In this document: piece after piece, positions 26,806-38,000 of the stretch
Numbering within the stretch: position 1 is the stretch's first letter
How the letters are laid out: the number at the start of each line of letters is the position of its first letter
DNA from: Cytophagales bacterium
GTDB taxonomy: Bacteria; Bacteroidota; Bacteroidia; Cytophagales; UBA9547
Assembly: GCA_033765235.1 (NCBI GenBank)
Contig: JANRIG010000019.1
Span: 143,313 to 207,312, forward strand
DNA: 64,000 nucleotides
Direction: 5' to 3'
Notes under the pieces: generated by a model
The model's database searches: none
Told to the model about the DNA's origin: nothing
Seen by the model: the letters and a program-made list of their open reading frames with translations, nothing else
Position numbers and translations under genes: made by a program

Positions 26806-27612
26806 ATGTCAGATTTATTTTCGTTAAACAATAAAGTAGCCATAGTGACAGGAGCACTGGGTCTTATAGGCAAGCAACATTGCAGTGCACTCATACAAGC
26901 AGGTGCCAACGTAGTAGTGGCTGATACAGATGAAACAAAATGTACTGAATTTGCACAATTGCTAGGCACCCAACATATGGGTATAGCTATAGATGTGACA
27001 GATGATAAGTCACTAAAAAACGCTCGTGAAAAAATATTGACAAAATATGGCAAAATAGATGTACTGGTAAATAATGCAGCCATTAACGATATGTTTGAAA
27101 ACCCTACATTGGCAGGCGAGCAATCTATGTTTGAAAACTATCCTGTGGCTATGTTTCGCAAGTCGCTGGAGGTGAATGTGACAGGGGTATTTTTGTGCGC
27201 ACAAATATTTGGCAGTGTCATGGCACGTCAAGGTAGTGGAAGCATCATCAATGTAGCATCTACTTATGGTATAGTGGGTCCAGACCAAAGCATTTACAAA
27301 GACCGTGAGGGCAATCAAAAATTTTATAAATCTGCAGCATACCCTACCACCAAAGGAGCTGTGATTAACTTTACCAGATTTTTGGCAGCCTATTGGGGCA
27401 AAAATGGTGTACGAGTAAATACGCTGTCGCCCGGAGGTGTAGAAAATGCTCAAGATGAATATTTTGTGCGAAACTACAGTGCTAAAACACTGCTCGGACG
27501 CATGGCACAACCAAATGACTATCAAGGGGCATTGATATACCTCGCAAGTGATGCATCTGCCTATATGACGGGAGCAAACTTAGTAGTAGATGGAGGCTGG
27601 ACGGCTATATGA
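26806..27612 (+). CDS. Short-chain dehydrogenase/reductase
   Basis: VAIVTGALGLIGK, NNAA and YxxxK (YPTTKGA). I prefer the internal ATG 26806 because the track start overlaps priA. Confidence 0.8.
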   Translation: MSDLFSLNNKVAIVTGALGLIGKQHCSALIQAGANVVVADTDETKCTEFAQLLGTQHMGIAIDVTDDKSLKNAREKILTKYGKIDVLVNNAAINDMFENPTLAGEQSMFENYPVAMFRKSLEVNVTGVFLCAQIFGSVMARQGSGSIINVASTYGIVGPDQSIYKDREGNQKFYKSAAYPTTKGAVINFTRFLAAYWGKNGVRVNTLSPGGVENAQDEYFVRNYSAKTLLGRMAQPNDYQGALIYLASDASAYMTGANLVVDGGWTAI

Positions 27613-27703
27613 ATAAGCTGACACCGGTTTCAGAGTGGCACTAAGACCAGATGGGAACGTGCTATCCCAAATTTAAGGAATATAGATGTAATAATATACG
27701 TGG

Positions 27704-28477
27704 CTATTTGGTAGCTGCACAAAACAGGTCAAAACCTTCGTCTGGGTTTGGCGAAAGGTAATAGTCGTGGGTAGATATGTCATGTACTATAGTGTGGTTT
27801 GCCTGCATCATGTTGTCGCGGTTTTTGCGGTTAAGATAGTCGTAAGGCGTGCGCAGCAGCCAAGCAGGCAGCCACCACTGCGCATTCAATATGTCCCATC
27901 GTGTGATTTTTTGTACTGCTTTTTTATTAATTTCATAATATTTCCATACTTTTTCATTGCCGGTGACACTGTATTGCGAAATATTATTAAAATATTTGGA
28001 AATAAGGTTGAATAATTGCTTGCCTGTGTACTCTCTCTCATGCCATGGATTGCGCGTGAGAGACATAGCTCTGTTGGGTGTACTGATGATGAGATTGCCA
28101 CCGGGCTTCAGAACACGGTGTATTTCTTTAACAAACATATTATCATCAGCTATATGCTCTATTACCTGAAAGGCTACAACACAGTCAAACATATTACTTT
28201 CTATACTGTGAAATGGTGGAAAAGTAGTATGAATAAACTTATAATCAGGATATTGTGATTGCAAATATTGGAGTAGTACTGCATTTTTGTCGAGTGCAGT
28301 ATAGTGCGCAATATGAGGCATAATAGTACTAATACCACGTCCTTCGCCACAACCTGCTTCTAATACACTACCATGCAAGTATGATGTGGCAGCCTGATAT
28401 GCAAAAAGCAGCCTTTGATGAATAGGATTGTCTGATGCAATACTGGAAGAGGTAATTTCGGTGGTGATTTGTGACAT
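27704..28477 (-). CDS. Class I SAM-dependent methyltransferase
   Basis: VLEAGCGEGRG (motif I) and LKPGGNLIIST. I prefer ATG 28477. Confidence 0.75.
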   Translation of the reverse strand: MSQITTEITSSSIASDNPIHQRLLFAYQAATSYLHGSVLEAGCGEGRGISTIMPHIAHYTALDKNAVLLQYLQSQYPDYKFIHTTFPPFHSIESNMFDCVVAFQVIEHIADDNMFVKEIHRVLKPGGNLIISTPNRAMSLTRNPWHEREYTGKQLFNLISKYFNNISQYSVTGNEKVWKYYEINKKAVQKITRWDILNAQWWLPAWLLRTPYDYLNRKNRDNMMQANHTIVHDISTHDYYLSPNPDEGFDLFCAATK

Positions 28478-28520
28478 ATTAAATATAAAACATGCAAAAA
28501 TAATAAAAAAGCAGTAACAC

Positions 28521-29741
28521 TCAATATACTTGCCCAAAGCGAGGGTTTACAATAGTGTTATAAATGCTCCCAAAAGTGTACACCAGCCCAAATTCAGAAT
28601 AATAGTTAAAAGTAGTGGGCAACTGTTGCAGGTACAATAGGTAAGCTTCATCCGAAAATGATTTTTTTACCAGTGATATTTGGTCTTGTATGTATGACAC
28701 CTGACCTTCTAACTTTATAGAAAACCCCTGTACCAAACGCAGTGAGGTATTGATATTGAGAAATATACGATACAGGCGCGGATTATCTACAAAAGTATTG
28801 AAGTGCAGCCCGGCTTGCACACTACCCCAAGGCTGATTGATATCTGCAATGAGCGATGTACGGTAGTATGGTCTATACTCCATGGTGTAGCTGTATATGG
28901 TTTCATAATAATATTGGTTGTACCACACGCCTGCTTGATTTACAAATCTGAGCTGACGGCTCACATTTTGCCTGTAAGGATAAAAATTATACTCAAGCAG
29001 AGGTGCAGCACTTAGGTGATACTTGATATTGCGGTACTGTTCATTTTCCAACCTTGCCAAGCAACCCAATGAAAAATGTTCATTCAAAGAATAAGAATAT
29101 AAAGGCTTGATATACATATCACTCACCTGCCCTTGCAAGGTCTTGTTGCTATCCAGAGTGTATGATACGTATCTGTTGTTGGCTTCTGTATATAATATAA
29201 ATTTATGCTTATGGGTGATTTTGCGTATTATCATTTTGGCACCTATCCTGCGCCATACAAAGTTTGACTCACCTTCTGCATTGCCATTTACCTCAGGAGC
29301 CAGCACCCAATAGTGCCAAGGGTCTTTCAGATTTGAGAGTGAGTCTCCTGTGCGTTTTGGAAATTTTATTTCCATAGATTCTAATAGTGGATTGGGCAAT
29401 TGCTTTATCAATAACAACTTCAGCTTTTTTACTATAATTTCACGTAACATAGCATCAGTATCTGCTGCACGAGATATGTATTGGGTAGAGTCTGTAAGTA
29501 TGCTACCTGCTTTTAGAAGTCTGATATTGAAACGTTTGCCACCATTGGCAGAAGTTTGGGTATTGATAAGTATTTGCATATCTGCCAAATACCTATCGCG
29601 CACAAAGTCAAAATAGCTGAGTTCTTGTTTTACATAGTCTTCAAAGCAATCTTGTGGGCAGTTGAGGAAAAGTTTGGGTTGTGATTTTGATTGCATGCCT
29701 GCCATAAGCAGTATTAATATTGACAAACGTATAATTTTCAT
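28521..29741 (-). CDS. hypothetical secreted / outer-membrane beta-barrel-like protein
   Basis: Signal peptide MKIIRLSILILLMAGMQSKSQ, aromatic-rich alternating strands, C-terminal ...RFGQVY. Confidence 0.5.
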   Translation of the reverse strand: MKIIRLSILILLMAGMQSKSQPKLFLNCPQDCFEDYVKQELSYFDFVRDRYLADMQILINTQTSANGGKRFNIRLLKAGSILTDSTQYISRAADTDAMLREIIVKKLKLLLIKQLPNPLLESMEIKFPKRTGDSLSNLKDPWHYWVLAPEVNGNAEGESNFVWRRIGAKMIIRKITHKHKFILYTEANNRYVSYTLDSNKTLQGQVSDMYIKPLYSYSLNEHFSLGCLARLENEQYRNIKYHLSAAPLLEYNFYPYRQNVSRQLRFVNQAGVWYNQYYYETIYSYTMEYRPYYRTSLIADINQPWGSVQAGLHFNTFVDNPRLYRIFLNINTSLRLVQGFSIKLEGQVSYIQDQISLVKKSFSDEAYLLYLQQLPTTFNYYSEFGLVYTFGSIYNTIVNPRFGQVY

Positions 29742-30070
29742 GTCTAAATATAAAATCACAACTGCATTATTAATTTAATAGAAAGGTTATATGTCTGTCA
29801 TACTCTATCATATTCTATATGGCTCTACTGTTATTGATACTAAATTGTTTAATGAAATATGTAATGATATTTGATAATAATAGATTGCCCTTGCAGTACT
29901 TATTAATAACGTTGCAAAACTTGTAACTTAATTAATGTTGACAATAAATATATTACAACAAGAAAGTATATTAAGAACTAATGTTTTTTACGGCGATAAA
30001 AAAAACTTTACTACAACTTATTATTAGTCAAAGGATTGAGTATAACAACAATTTTTTGTCAGATTCATAT

Positions 30071-30099
30071 AAAAAAAAGCCCCGACATGCGGGGCTTTT
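30071..30099 (-). terminator. groEL intrinsic terminator
   Basis: On the minus strand: GCCCCG, loop CATGT, CGGGGC, then T8. Confidence 0.8.
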
Positions 30100-30124
30100 C
30101 ATAATTATTAAGGTATGAAACACA

Positions 30125-31756
30125 TTAATACATTCCGCCCATACCACCGCCCGGAGGCATAGCAGGTGCTTTTTCTTCTTCTTTTTCCTCTGCTATTACA
30201 GCCTCTGTAGTGAGCAGCAAGCCCGCAATAGAGGCAGCGTTTTCAAGGGCAAGCCTTGTCACTTTGGCAGGATCTATCACCCCTGCTTTCATGAGGTTTT
30301 CATATTTGTCTTCACGAGCATTGTATCCAAAGTCGTCTTTGCCTTCTTTCACTTTGCTCACTATTACAGAGGGCTCTAAGCCACAGTTTATCAGTATAGT
30401 ACGTAGAGGAGCTTCGGCAGCTATTTTTACAATGTTTAGCCCTGTTTTTTGGTCTTCATTGTCTACTTTTACTTTTTCTAAGCCTTCTACTGCACGTATA
30501 AGGGCTACACCACCACCGGGCACTACTCCTTCGGCAAGTGCGGCACGGGTAGCATGCAATGCATCATCTACACGGTCTTTTTTCTCTTTCATTTCTACCT
30601 CTGTAGCAGCACCTATGTACAATATAGCTACTCCACCTGATAGTTTGGCAAGGCGCTCTTGTAGTTTTTCTTTGTCGTAGTCCGACGTAGTTTTTTCTAT
30701 TTGCGCTTTTATTTCATTGATACGTGCGGTGATGTTGGCTTTTTTGCCTGCACCGTTTACTATTGTAGTATTATCTTTGTCTACTATCAGTTTTTCGGCA
30801 CTGCCTAAGTATTCTAAAGTAGCATTTTCAAGTTTGTATCCTTGCTCTTCAGATATTACAGTACCACCTGTGAGTATGGCTATATCTTCGAGCATGGCTT
30901 TGCGGCGGTCGCCAAAGCCCGGAGCTTTCACGGCACATATTTTGAGTGCACCGCGTATTTTGTTCACTACCAATGTGGCAAGTGCTTCGCCTTCTACTTC
31001 TTCGGCTATGATAAGTAGTGGTTTACCTGTTTGGGCTACTGCTTCTAATATAGGAAGTAGCTCTTTCATAGATGATATTTTTTTGTCATATATGAGTAAA
31101 TAGGCTCTTTCCAAATCTGCTTCCATGCTTTCAGTGTTGGTCACAAAGTATGGCGATAGATATCCACGGTCAAACTGCATACCTTCTACAGTTTTTACTT
31201 CGTCAGAAGTGCCTTTGGCTTCTTCTACTGTGATTACGCCATCTTTGCCTACTTTTTCCATGGCAGACGATATCATTTCGCCAATTTCATGGTCATTATT
31301 GGCAGATATTGTAGCTACTTGTTTTATTTCGTCATTGCCTTTGATGGCTTTGGCTTGTTTTTTGAGGTTTGCTACTACTTCGGCCACAGCTTTGTCTATA
31401 CCTCTTTTGAGGTCCATAGGGTTAGCACCGGCAGCTACATTTTTAAGACCTGCGGTGAATATAGCTTGAGCCAATACAGTAGCGGTAGTAGTACCATCGC
31501 CTGCACTGTCAGCAGTTTTGGAGGCTACTTCTTTTACCAGTTGAGCTCCCATGTTTTCGATAGAGTCTTTGAGCTCTATGTCTTTGGCTACTGTCACACC
31601 ATCTTTTGTGATAGTGGGTGCACCAAATTTTTTGTCAAGTATTACGTTTTTGCCTTTGGGACCAAGGGTTACTTTCACAGCATTTGAAAGAGCATCTACT
31701 CCTTTTTTTAGTTTTTCGCGCGCATCGGCTTCGAAATGGATGTTTTTTGCAGCCAT
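30125..31756 (-). CDS. groL: Chaperonin GroEL
   Basis: [27 protein letters not shown], and a C-terminal GGMGGMY tail. Confidence 0.97.
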   Translation of the reverse strand: MAAKNIHFEADAREKLKKGVDALSNAVKVTLGPKGKNVILDKKFGAPTITKDGVTVAKDIELKDSIENMGAQLVKEVASKTADSAGDGTTTATVLAQAIFTAGLKNVAAGANPMDLKRGIDKAVAEVVANLKKQAKAIKGNDEIKQVATISANNDHEIGEMISSAMEKVGKDGVITVEEAKGTSDEVKTVEGMQFDRGYLSPYFVTNTESMEADLERAYLLIYDKKISSMKELLPILEAVAQTGKPLLIIAEEVEGEALATLVVNKIRGALKICAVKAPGFGDRRKAMLEDIAILTGGTVISEEQGYKLENATLEYLGSAEKLIVDKDNTTIVNGAGKKANITARINEIKAQIEKTTSDYDKEKLQERLAKLSGGVAILYIGAATEVEMKEKKDRVDDALHATRAALAEGVVPGGGVALIRAVEGLEKVKVDNEDQKTGLNIVKIAAEAPLRTILINCGLEPSVIVSKVKEGKDDFGYNAREDKYENLMKAGVIDPAKVTRLALENAASIAGLLLTTEAVIAEEKEEEKAPAMPPGGGMGGMY

Positions 31757-31805
31757 AGTTTTATGATTTATTTAAGTTAATGGTTTAATAATGAATAATA
31801 TATAT

Positions 31806-32081
31806 TTAGATTACAGCAAAGATATCAGACTCACGCATGATGAGGTATTCTTTGCCTTCGATGGTGATTTCGGTACCTGAGTATTTTCCATACAGTACTT
31901 CATCACCTACTTTTACGGTAATAGGCTCGTCTTTTTTGCCTGTGCCTACTGCCACTACTTTACCTTTTTGGGGTTTTTCTTTTGCAGTATCGGGTATGTA
32001 CAGCCCTGATGCTGTTTTGGTTTCTGCTGCAGCCGGTTCTACCAGAACTCTGTCCGCCAAAGGTTTTACTTTGATTGCCAT
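31806..32081 (-). CDS. groS: Co-chaperonin GroES
   Basis: [12 protein letters not shown]...GKVVAVG...[10 protein letters not shown]. Confidence 0.95.
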   Translation of the reverse strand: MAIKVKPLADRVLVEPAAAETKTASGLYIPDTAKEKPQKGKVVAVGTGKKDEPITVKVGDEVLYGKYSGTEITIEGKEYLIMRESDIFAVI

Positions 32082-32343
32082 AATATTAAGAATTGGTTTA
32101 TTGTATATTAAATTTTAAATATATTTATTGAAAAACTTTATTCTATAAATACATTTATTGTGCCAATGAAGTTAAATGTTGAATTTATGACAAAATTGCA
32201 GAAGGCATGGGCATATTGTCAGTAAATGAATAACCATACCTCGTTCTGTGTCATTGTAGTGAGAAATAAACATTTCAGAACTCTTCATTAAAAATTTGTA
32301 AAAATCCAAATCGGTCTTTATTTGTATCATAATGGAGGACTGC

Positions 32344-32450
32344 ACGGATATACTAGGCTATTTTTCAAACATGTGCGCAAAACTACGTCCTGCAAATCTC
32401 GTTCTTAAACGAGACCCAATCTTGCATAAATACCATGTTATGTGAGGGCA
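32344..32450 (-). repeat. Cassette-flanking repeat, copy B (T module plus truncated P module)
   Basis: The minus strand reads TGCCCTCACATAACATGGTATTTATG, then hairpin TCTCGTT/AACGAGA, then GTAGTTTTGCGCACATGTTTGAAAAATAGCCTAGTATATCCGT. This matches 40611-40707. Confidence 0.7.
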
Positions 32451-32453
32451 GTC

Positions 32454-33020
32454 TTATTTTACTTCCGATTCTTTGGGTTTAAATGTCTTTTTATTGTTCA
32501 TTATTTTCACCGTGTCTCCACTTGGTTTCAAGACAAACAGTCCTTTGCTTTCAGCATATTTGTCTACTCCTTCACCAATTATCATTCCAGCTACACCAGC
32601 CAAAAGGGTTTTGCCTTGAATTCCAACCATTGGGTGGTCTTGAATTTTTGTTAAACGAATAAGATGCTCATCTACATGCTCCGTTCTTATTGTGTTTTTC
32701 ACTTCTATGGCAATTGCATATTTAGAGTTATAGATTAATATGTCAACTTCATATATAAACTCATTTTTGTGGTCTTTTTGAACATAATGATTTGTAATGG
32801 CGTGAACAGGTATTCCCCAATTGTCAAACTTGTTAATCAAGTCCGCTCGTACTTGTTCTTCTGCAAAGCGACCTAAAGTGTCGCCTAAGTCTGCAATTTG
32901 CTTATTTGTTTGAGCGAAACGTTTATCTAGCTCTTTTGATACTTTTTCAAATTTCTGGTCGAAGCGTCTATCAGTTTCAGCAAAAAGTTCTAATACATGT
33001 TCATATGTCAATTCAGCCAT
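32454..33020 (-). CDS. PD-(D/E)xK nuclease-fold protein with N-terminal coiled-coil
   Basis: EVDILIYNSKYAIAIEVK supplies a D...ExK motif. 188 aa. The N-terminus is helical and charged. Confidence 0.55.
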   Translation of the reverse strand: MAELTYEHVLELFAETDRRFDQKFEKVSKELDKRFAQTNKQIADLGDTLGRFAEEQVRADLINKFDNWGIPVHAITNHYVQKDHKNEFIYEVDILIYNSKYAIAIEVKNTIRTEHVDEHLIRLTKIQDHPMVGIQGKTLLAGVAGMIIGEGVDKYAESKGLFVLKPSGDTVKIMNNKKTFKPKESEVK

Positions 33021-33095
33021 TTTTCATATTTTTACAAATATAGGATTTTAGGTTTGATTTTCAAACTTTCGGACTGGCTTCAATTGCTCTCACTT

Positions 33096-33204
33096 AACGG
33101 CTCACCTATTTGCCAAGTGGGTGACCAAAGAGGCTCCATGCACAAATATAGAAGTAAACACTGAGATATACAAGGCTCTTTTTCACACATTAGCGCAAAT
33201 GTAG
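33096..33204 (-). repeat. Cassette-flanking repeat, copy A (full 109-bp P module)
   Basis: The minus strand reads CTACATTTGCGCTAATGTGTGAAAAAGAGCCTTGTATATCTCAGTGTTTACTTCTATATTTGTGCATGGAGCCTCTTTGGTCACCCACTTGGCAAATAGGTGAGCCGTT. It aligns over its full length with 40663-40771. Confidence 0.75.
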
Positions 33205-33456
33205 CTTAAATGCAATTGCGCCTATTTCGCATTTAGTGGTAACCATTTGTGCTGCTGCTGCTGTATTAATTCTTGTTCTGTTTATATTCTTTGATTTTAT
33301 ACCTTACAACAATACATAATCTGTTTAATATTTCCAAATTATCAAACGGACATTTCATGCCACCCGGTATTTTGCTTGTATTGTGGGTGTAAAGATGATG
33401 ATTGATGTTTTTTTATATCACAAAATGATATTGATTTGCAGCAAATATATTGTAGT

Positions 33457-33975
33457 ATGAATAAAATCATAAAAACATCCCTCATATTTGGTACTGTTTT
33501 TGGCATAGTAGGCTTTGTATGGTTTTTAGGTGTATATTTTGCTGGTCACAATGCATTTTACAGCTTTGCACAAAAGCTGTCATTAATCATGATGGGCGCA
33601 GCCACACTATGGGCAGTGTGGATGTATAGAAGTAGTAATGAAGGTAATCTTACTTTTGGCGAAGGTGCACTCACAGGTATATCCATGAACATATTGGCAG
33701 CGTTGATAACCTGCTCATTAATATACATTTATACCTATTATATAAATCCTGATATGGTACAGCTACACATATTGACCCTTAAGCAATACTTGGCAGCCAA
33801 TAAAAAAGCACTCATAGACGGCTCTAATGAGACTACCTATAAAGGTACTCTGAAAGCGGTGAACGAGGTCACATCATACACGCTTGCTTTGGATGCATTT
33901 ATTTGGAAAGTGGTAGAAGGGTTTATGTTTTCATTTTTAATTTCGGTAGCTTTGAGGCGTAAAAACATAGTATGA
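33457..33975 (+). CDS. DUF4199-like membrane protein
   Basis: About 4 TM segments. The N-terminus MNKIIKTSLIFGTVFGIVGFVWF is typical of DUF4199. I prefer ATG 33457. Confidence 0.55.
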   Translation: MNKIIKTSLIFGTVFGIVGFVWFLGVYFAGHNAFYSFAQKLSLIMMGAATLWAVWMYRSSNEGNLTFGEGALTGISMNILAALITCSLIYIYTYYINPDMVQLHILTLKQYLAANKKALIDGSNETTYKGTLKAVNEVTSYTLALDAFIWKVVEGFMFSFLISVALRRKNIV

Positions 33976-34925
33976 ACCTGAGTATTGTAGTGCCTTTGTA
34001 CAACGAGGAAGAGTCGCTCCCCGAGTTAGTGGCATGGATACATAAAGTATGTGACCGCCAATATGAATATGAAATAATATTGGTAGACGATGGCAGCAGC
34101 GATGGCTCATGGGCTGTGATACAAAGATTATCAAATAGTTATACTATGCTCAAAGCCATACGCTTTTTGCGCAACTATGGCAAGTCTGCTGCGCTCAACG
34201 AGGGCTTTAAACTGGCAAAAGGCGAGGTAGTAGTGACCATGGATGCCGACCTGCAAGACAGTCCTGATGAAATACCTGCATTGTACGACATGATAAAAGT
34301 ACAAAACTATGATTTGGTATCGGGCTGGAAACAAAAACGACATGACCCACTCACTAAGACCATACCAACCAAACTCTTTAATGCAGTGACCAGAACTATG
34401 TCGGGCATACAGCTGCACGACTTCAACTGTGGGCTCAAAGCCTATCACAAAAAAGTAGTGAAAAATATAGAAGTATATGGCGAAATGCACCGCTACATCC
34501 CGGTGATAGCCAAGTGGAGCGGTTTCACCAAAATAGGCGAAAAGCCTGTGGCGCATCAAGCGCGCAAATATGGCTATTCCAAATTTGGGTTCGATAGGTT
34601 TGTAAACGGTTTTTTGGACTTAATATCAATATCATTCATCACACGGTTTAGGCGCAAGCCTATGCATTTTTTCGGCACCTTGGGCATGTGTGCATTCTTA
34701 GCAGGATTTGGGGTGGCATTGTGGCTCATAGCTGAGAAGCAGTACAATATATATCATGGCTTGCGTGTGCGAGATGTGACAGAGCAACCTTTGTTTTTTT
34801 TGGCATTGGTAGCTTTGCTTGCAGGTATACAGTTTTTTTTGGCAGGCTATCTGGGCGAAATGGTAAATGTGAGCAGCAATCGCAAAGGCCAAGAGTACCT
34901 CATAGACCAAAGCATAGGGGTGTGA
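33972..34925 (+). CDS. Family 2 glycosyltransferase (polyprenol-phosphate sugar synthase-like)
   Basis: LSIVVPLYNEEESL, ILVDDGSSDGS and MDADLQD, with C-terminal TM segments. Confidence 0.85.
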   Translation: MNLSIVVPLYNEEESLPELVAWIHKVCDRQYEYEIILVDDGSSDGSWAVIQRLSNSYTMLKAIRFLRNYGKSAALNEGFKLAKGEVVVTMDADLQDSPDEIPALYDMIKVQNYDLVSGWKQKRHDPLTKTIPTKLFNAVTRTMSGIQLHDFNCGLKAYHKKVVKNIEVYGEMHRYIPVIAKWSGFTKIGEKPVAHQARKYGYSKFGFDRFVNGFLDLISISFITRFRRKPMHFFGTLGMCAFLAGFGVALWLIAEKQYNIYHGLRVRDVTEQPLFFLALVALLAGIQFFLAGYLGEMVNVSSNRKGQEYLIDQSIGV

Positions 34926-35008
34926 AAAAAGTTATTTTTTATATGGAAATATAATCACTTATTAATAGGATTGTATTATCATAAGATCAATATCTCAAAT
35001 ATCTATTT

Positions 35009-38000
35009 CTACTCCTCGTGCACATCATCCAAGGGCACATTTGAGGTATTGAGAGATATGTCTATGCCATTGTCTTTCACAAAGTTGCACCATGTGCAAT
35101 CTTCTTTGCCACAACCTGTATAAAAGTTCATTTCCATTATATTTTTATAGGTTTCCAATATCTGTGCAGTCACTATATCTATATCTTCTTTGGTGATTTC
35201 CATACCGTGTTTCACTATGTTTCCATCTTTGTTTTTTTCTATAAAGTCCATTTCGCCGTGCACCATTTTGCGGTTGAGCTTTTTGTCTTCGTCTATCAAT
35301 ATTTTATAAAATACAAGCTGCCTGTAATAGTCGCCACCGTGTATATCTTGATGGTCACTATCTATAGAGGCATCCGGCTTTGGTCTTTGAAATTTCTTTT
35401 TCAAATGGTCATGGTCAGATTTGCCTGTTTTGTAGTCCACTACATTCACGGTGTTGTTACTCAATAGTTCTATTTTATCAATCACACCTGTGATGGGCAC
35501 ACCGTGATACTCAGTTTGGTGTATTCTGTATTCGGTGTACACATTTTTGTTCCAATTTTCGCGCCTTGCAGCCAGGTATTCTGGCAGTATAAGGTGGCCA
35601 TATTCGCTGTAGCGGTAATATTCTTTTTCGTTAAACCCCTCATGCTCTTGATGCATGGCTTGGTCAAAAAGGGCAATAAATGATGCAGTATTACCAAATT
35701 CATTATTTTTGTCTTTCAGCATTTGTACAAAATATTTTTCGAGTGTGAGGTGCACCGCTCGTCCAAAAGCAGTACCTGCATTTTTGGCAGATGGCACTTT
35801 GATAATGGCTTCGTAATAAAATTTCAATGGACATTTCAAGTACTTACTCATATTGGTCACGCTGAGTTTGTAGTCTTTGAGTATATTTTTGATATACAGG
35901 CTGTTGAGCTGCTCCACAGTAGGTTTGTAAGTGGTGAGTTGCGATGCTGCCACAGCCAGTACTTTGTCATCGGGCATAGCTATGGTATGCACTGGTGCTT
36001 TGGTAGTGAGTGCTTCTGTCACATATTTTGACCTTTGTAAGGTGTTTTTGGAGGTGCTTTCGCCTGTTTTTTGTTGCAGCCATGAGATATTCAGTTTTTG
36101 TTTGGCGCGTGTCATGGCCACATAAAATAGTCTTCTGTTTTCGGCTATTTTATTGTCTTTTTGATTATCTTTATTGGTGTCCAATATTTCATCTGTGATG
36201 TGTGCATGGTATATTGGAAACAGGTTAAAGCTGTTAGCACGGTTTTGTTTGTCTTCCCAAGTAGCAGCGTTGCAGCGTATCATATACACTGTGTCAAACT
36301 CTAATCCTTTGGCAGAGTGTGCGGTGATAAAGTGTAGTCCGTGAGGTGTTTGTAATATTTTTTCAAAAGGTATCATTATTCCATGCGTTTGCATTTTGTC
36401 CAATGTATCCAGCAGTTTTGTTACAGTATATCTTGGGTTGCGCTTAGCTTCTGATTTTATAAAATCAAAAAACACGGTGAGTATAGGTACCCATTCGGCT
36501 ATGTATTGGGGTAAAAGTGCATAAGCATATATGCCCGTCTGCTGCAGCATTTCCTCAAACAATACTTCTACGGTAGTATTCATTTTTTTGGATGTAAGCC
36601 TCTCTGATGTATTTATAAATTTTTGTATTTTTCCGCTACAAGTAAGTCCTATTTTCAGATGTAAGATATGATTGTTCATCACCTCTCTCAGCTGTATTTT
36701 GTGCTCGGCAGCATATCTTGCCATGAGCAATATCTCTTGGGTGGGTATGCCAAATACTTCAAAAAACATTAACTCAAAAAGTATATCATCATGCTTTTGT
36801 AATTTAGTTTCGGCATCTATATATTTAAGCAGGAGTATTATTTTTTTTATCAAATTATGCTCCAATATATCTGTTTTCATTCTGGAGTTGTAGGGCAATT
36901 GGTGCATGTCGCACAGGGTCATGAGTGCATGTGCATCTGCATGGTTGTGATAAATGACAGCTATTGTAGACAAATTTGTGCCTTGCCTTTTTGCCTCCTG
37001 TATTTGCTCCAATATATGTGCGGTTTCGTGCCATTGGTTTAGATATTCAATGAATGTTGGGGTGGGTTCATCATGTGTTTTTAGTACATTGGCTGCCAAT
37101 GTTTTATTTATTTCAAAATTATGTTTTTTGAATAGTTCTTTCAAGTCTTTGTTGTGTATGAGTCTATCATCAGTGTCATGCACTATCACTGCAGAAGCAG
37201 CATCAAGTATAGGTTGCACAGATCTATAGTTTTGCGTGAGCACTATACATTTGAGGTGTTTCAAATATTGCTCCACAAAAGCTACCATACGGGTGTTTTC
37301 AGCACCTTGAAAACTATATATGCACTGGTCATCGTCACCTACCACAAATAGGTCAGGATTGTCATGCCAGTGCTTTGCAAGCAGGTATAGCAAGTGGCTT
37401 TGCGCGCCATTGGTATCTTGAAACTCATCTGCCAATATGTATTGGTACTGTTGTTGATATCTGCTAAGTAGTTGCTCATGATTTTCAAAGGCATTTATTA
37501 CATTGCGCAGCATATCATTAAAGTCATATCTATTGTATTTTTTTAATAATTCTTGATATTCATTGTATTTTAATATGGCAGATTTGAGCTTGATGATACG
37601 CTCAGTTTCTTTGAGTATGTTGTTTTGATTTGGTCGCCCGCCAAGACGCATCCCATGTTCATCTTTTTTATGATAGTTGGGTGCATAATGAAATGCTTTA
37701 AAATTTGGTAATTCTGCCAAATATTTATCGCATTGTGTCAATAAAGTATGTGGGTGATAGTTTTCAGTTTTTATATCAGAAAATAGACTTTTGAGCGAAG
37801 TCATGCTCGAATATATGTCTCCAGTATATTTTTTGAGAGGGTCGTCTATGGTTAATTTTTCTATGATTTCAATGATGATTTCAGTAATGTCAAGGTCTGA
37901 AGCAGGTTGTGTATTGTAGTTATTGGCAAAGTAATAATTGTTTTCTTGTATTACTTTATTTGAAAATGAATGAAAAGTATGTATCTCTACATCATAGGCA

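Noticed and set aside
27613-27703. Relatively GC-rich 90-bp spacer between the convergent SDR and methyltransferase genes as a possible small RNA
   Set aside because: Only weak 4-bp stems are present (CTGA/TCAG and GGGA/TCCC), with no promoter box or terminator. The evidence is insufficient.
30210-31766. Several 110-160-aa ORFs on the + strand opposite groEL
   Set aside because: They are antisense shadow ORFs of a highly conserved, strongly biased gene. Their composition is low-complexity and Ser/Ala-rich, with no motifs.
32082-32200. CIRCE (HrcA) operator upstream of groES
   Set aside because: There is no TTAGCACTC-N9-GAGTGCTAA-like inverted repeat. The region is plain AT-rich sequence.
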